From: a virus
Taxonomy: Duplodnaviria; Heunggongvirae; Uroviricota; Caudoviricetes
IMG/VR virus record: IMGVR_UViG_2724679058_000006
DNA: 7,016 nt
Strand: one strand, 5' to 3'
Part shown: positions 6,503 to 7,016 of the stretch, in pieces
Layout of the letters: every line of letters begins with the position of its first letter
How positions within the stretch are numbered: position 1 is the first letter of the stretch
Position numbers and translations under genes: made by a program
Notes under the pieces: model-generated
What the model saw: only the letters and a program-made list of their open reading frames with translations
Database searches by the model: none
What the model was told of the DNA's origin: nothing

Positions 6503-6520
6503 GTATTGGGGTTATAAAAT

Positions 6521-7016
6521 TCAGCTGATACTGATGCCTGCGGTGGCTTTCTTCATCACCACAACCAGCAAATCGCTGATACTTGCTGTGGGATACCAGC
6601 CATTTACCAGCCATGCCGATACAGAAAATTCCAGTGTCATGACACCACTGCCTGCAGGCATATCAATAACACCCGTATATATCAGCGTATTATCCAGAGC
6701 CGTTCGGTTATAAATTTCAGCACCGTTTTTTCGTACTATCAGACGGCATGAGGAGTAGATATCAGTATGATCTTGCTCATGTTTAGCGCCACTGAATGCC
6801 ACCGCCGGGATAACAATTTGCCGGTCAAACGGCTGATCGTCATAAACCCTGACGGTAATGGTTCCTGATGGCCACCGCTCCGGTGCACGGGAGTCCCGGG
6901 GGAAAGCTTTGCCCACCGTTTTAACGAGATCGCCTTCAATCTGGTTCGCGGACAGTTTTCCCAGAACCCGGCAGTTCTCGTTAATCGTGACGTTGTTGAG
7001 CGTCCCGGAGTTCGCA
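6521..7016 (-). CDS. J: Tail tip host-specificity protein J (central tail fiber), C-terminal 165 codons; gene continues beyond the right edge of the window
   Basis: The frame is open to the window edge. Translation ..[151 protein letters not shown] matches the lambda J C-terminus from memory. The GTG at 6916 used by the ORF track is an internal Val. Confidence 0.9.
   Translation of the reverse strand, partial: ANSGTLNNVTINENCRVLGKLSANQIEGDLVKTVGKAFPRDSRAPERWPSGTITVRVYDDQPFDRQIVIPAVAFSGAKHEQDHTDIYSSCRLIVRKNGAEIYNRTALDNTLIYTGVIDMPAGSGVMTLEFSVSAWLVNGWYPTASISDLLVVVMKKATAGISIS

Noticed and set aside
6739-6939. 66-aa minus-strand ORF in an alternative frame
   Set aside because: Overlaps the J coding frame, which matches lambda J residue for residue; an alternative-frame artefact.

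Overview
This window holds the distal end of the tail (late) operon of a lambda-like prophage in enterobacterial DNA, with nearly all genes on the minus strand. From right to left: the 3' end of host-specificity gene J (6521..7016), a terminator, lom (5854..6453), a terminator, then a side tail fiber gene stf (3431..5789). The stf N-terminus is lambda-like, but its distal part is Ala/Ser/Thr/Lys heptad repeats followed by a non-lambda C-terminus that looks like a LamG/concanavalin-type lectin domain. The stf frame is broken by one extra base in an A7 tract inside the repeats. Where lambda carries tfa, this locus instead has an 89-codon acidic ORF translationally coupled to stf (3162..3431) and a 346-codon fiber-like protein ending in a peptidase-S74 intramolecular chaperone domain (2109..3149). 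Further left are a terminator, a small two-helix membrane-protein gene interrupted by an in-frame amber codon (1773..2066), a ~570 bp AT-rich region, an AraC-family regulator that I recognise as AppY-like (348..1097), and the right end of an IS1 element (1..326) ending 21 bp from the regulator's stop. The most interesting part is the non-canonical receptor-recognition module (stf with lectin-like C-terminus, ORF89, S74 fiber protein). All homology statements rest on motif recognition and recall, not on a database search.
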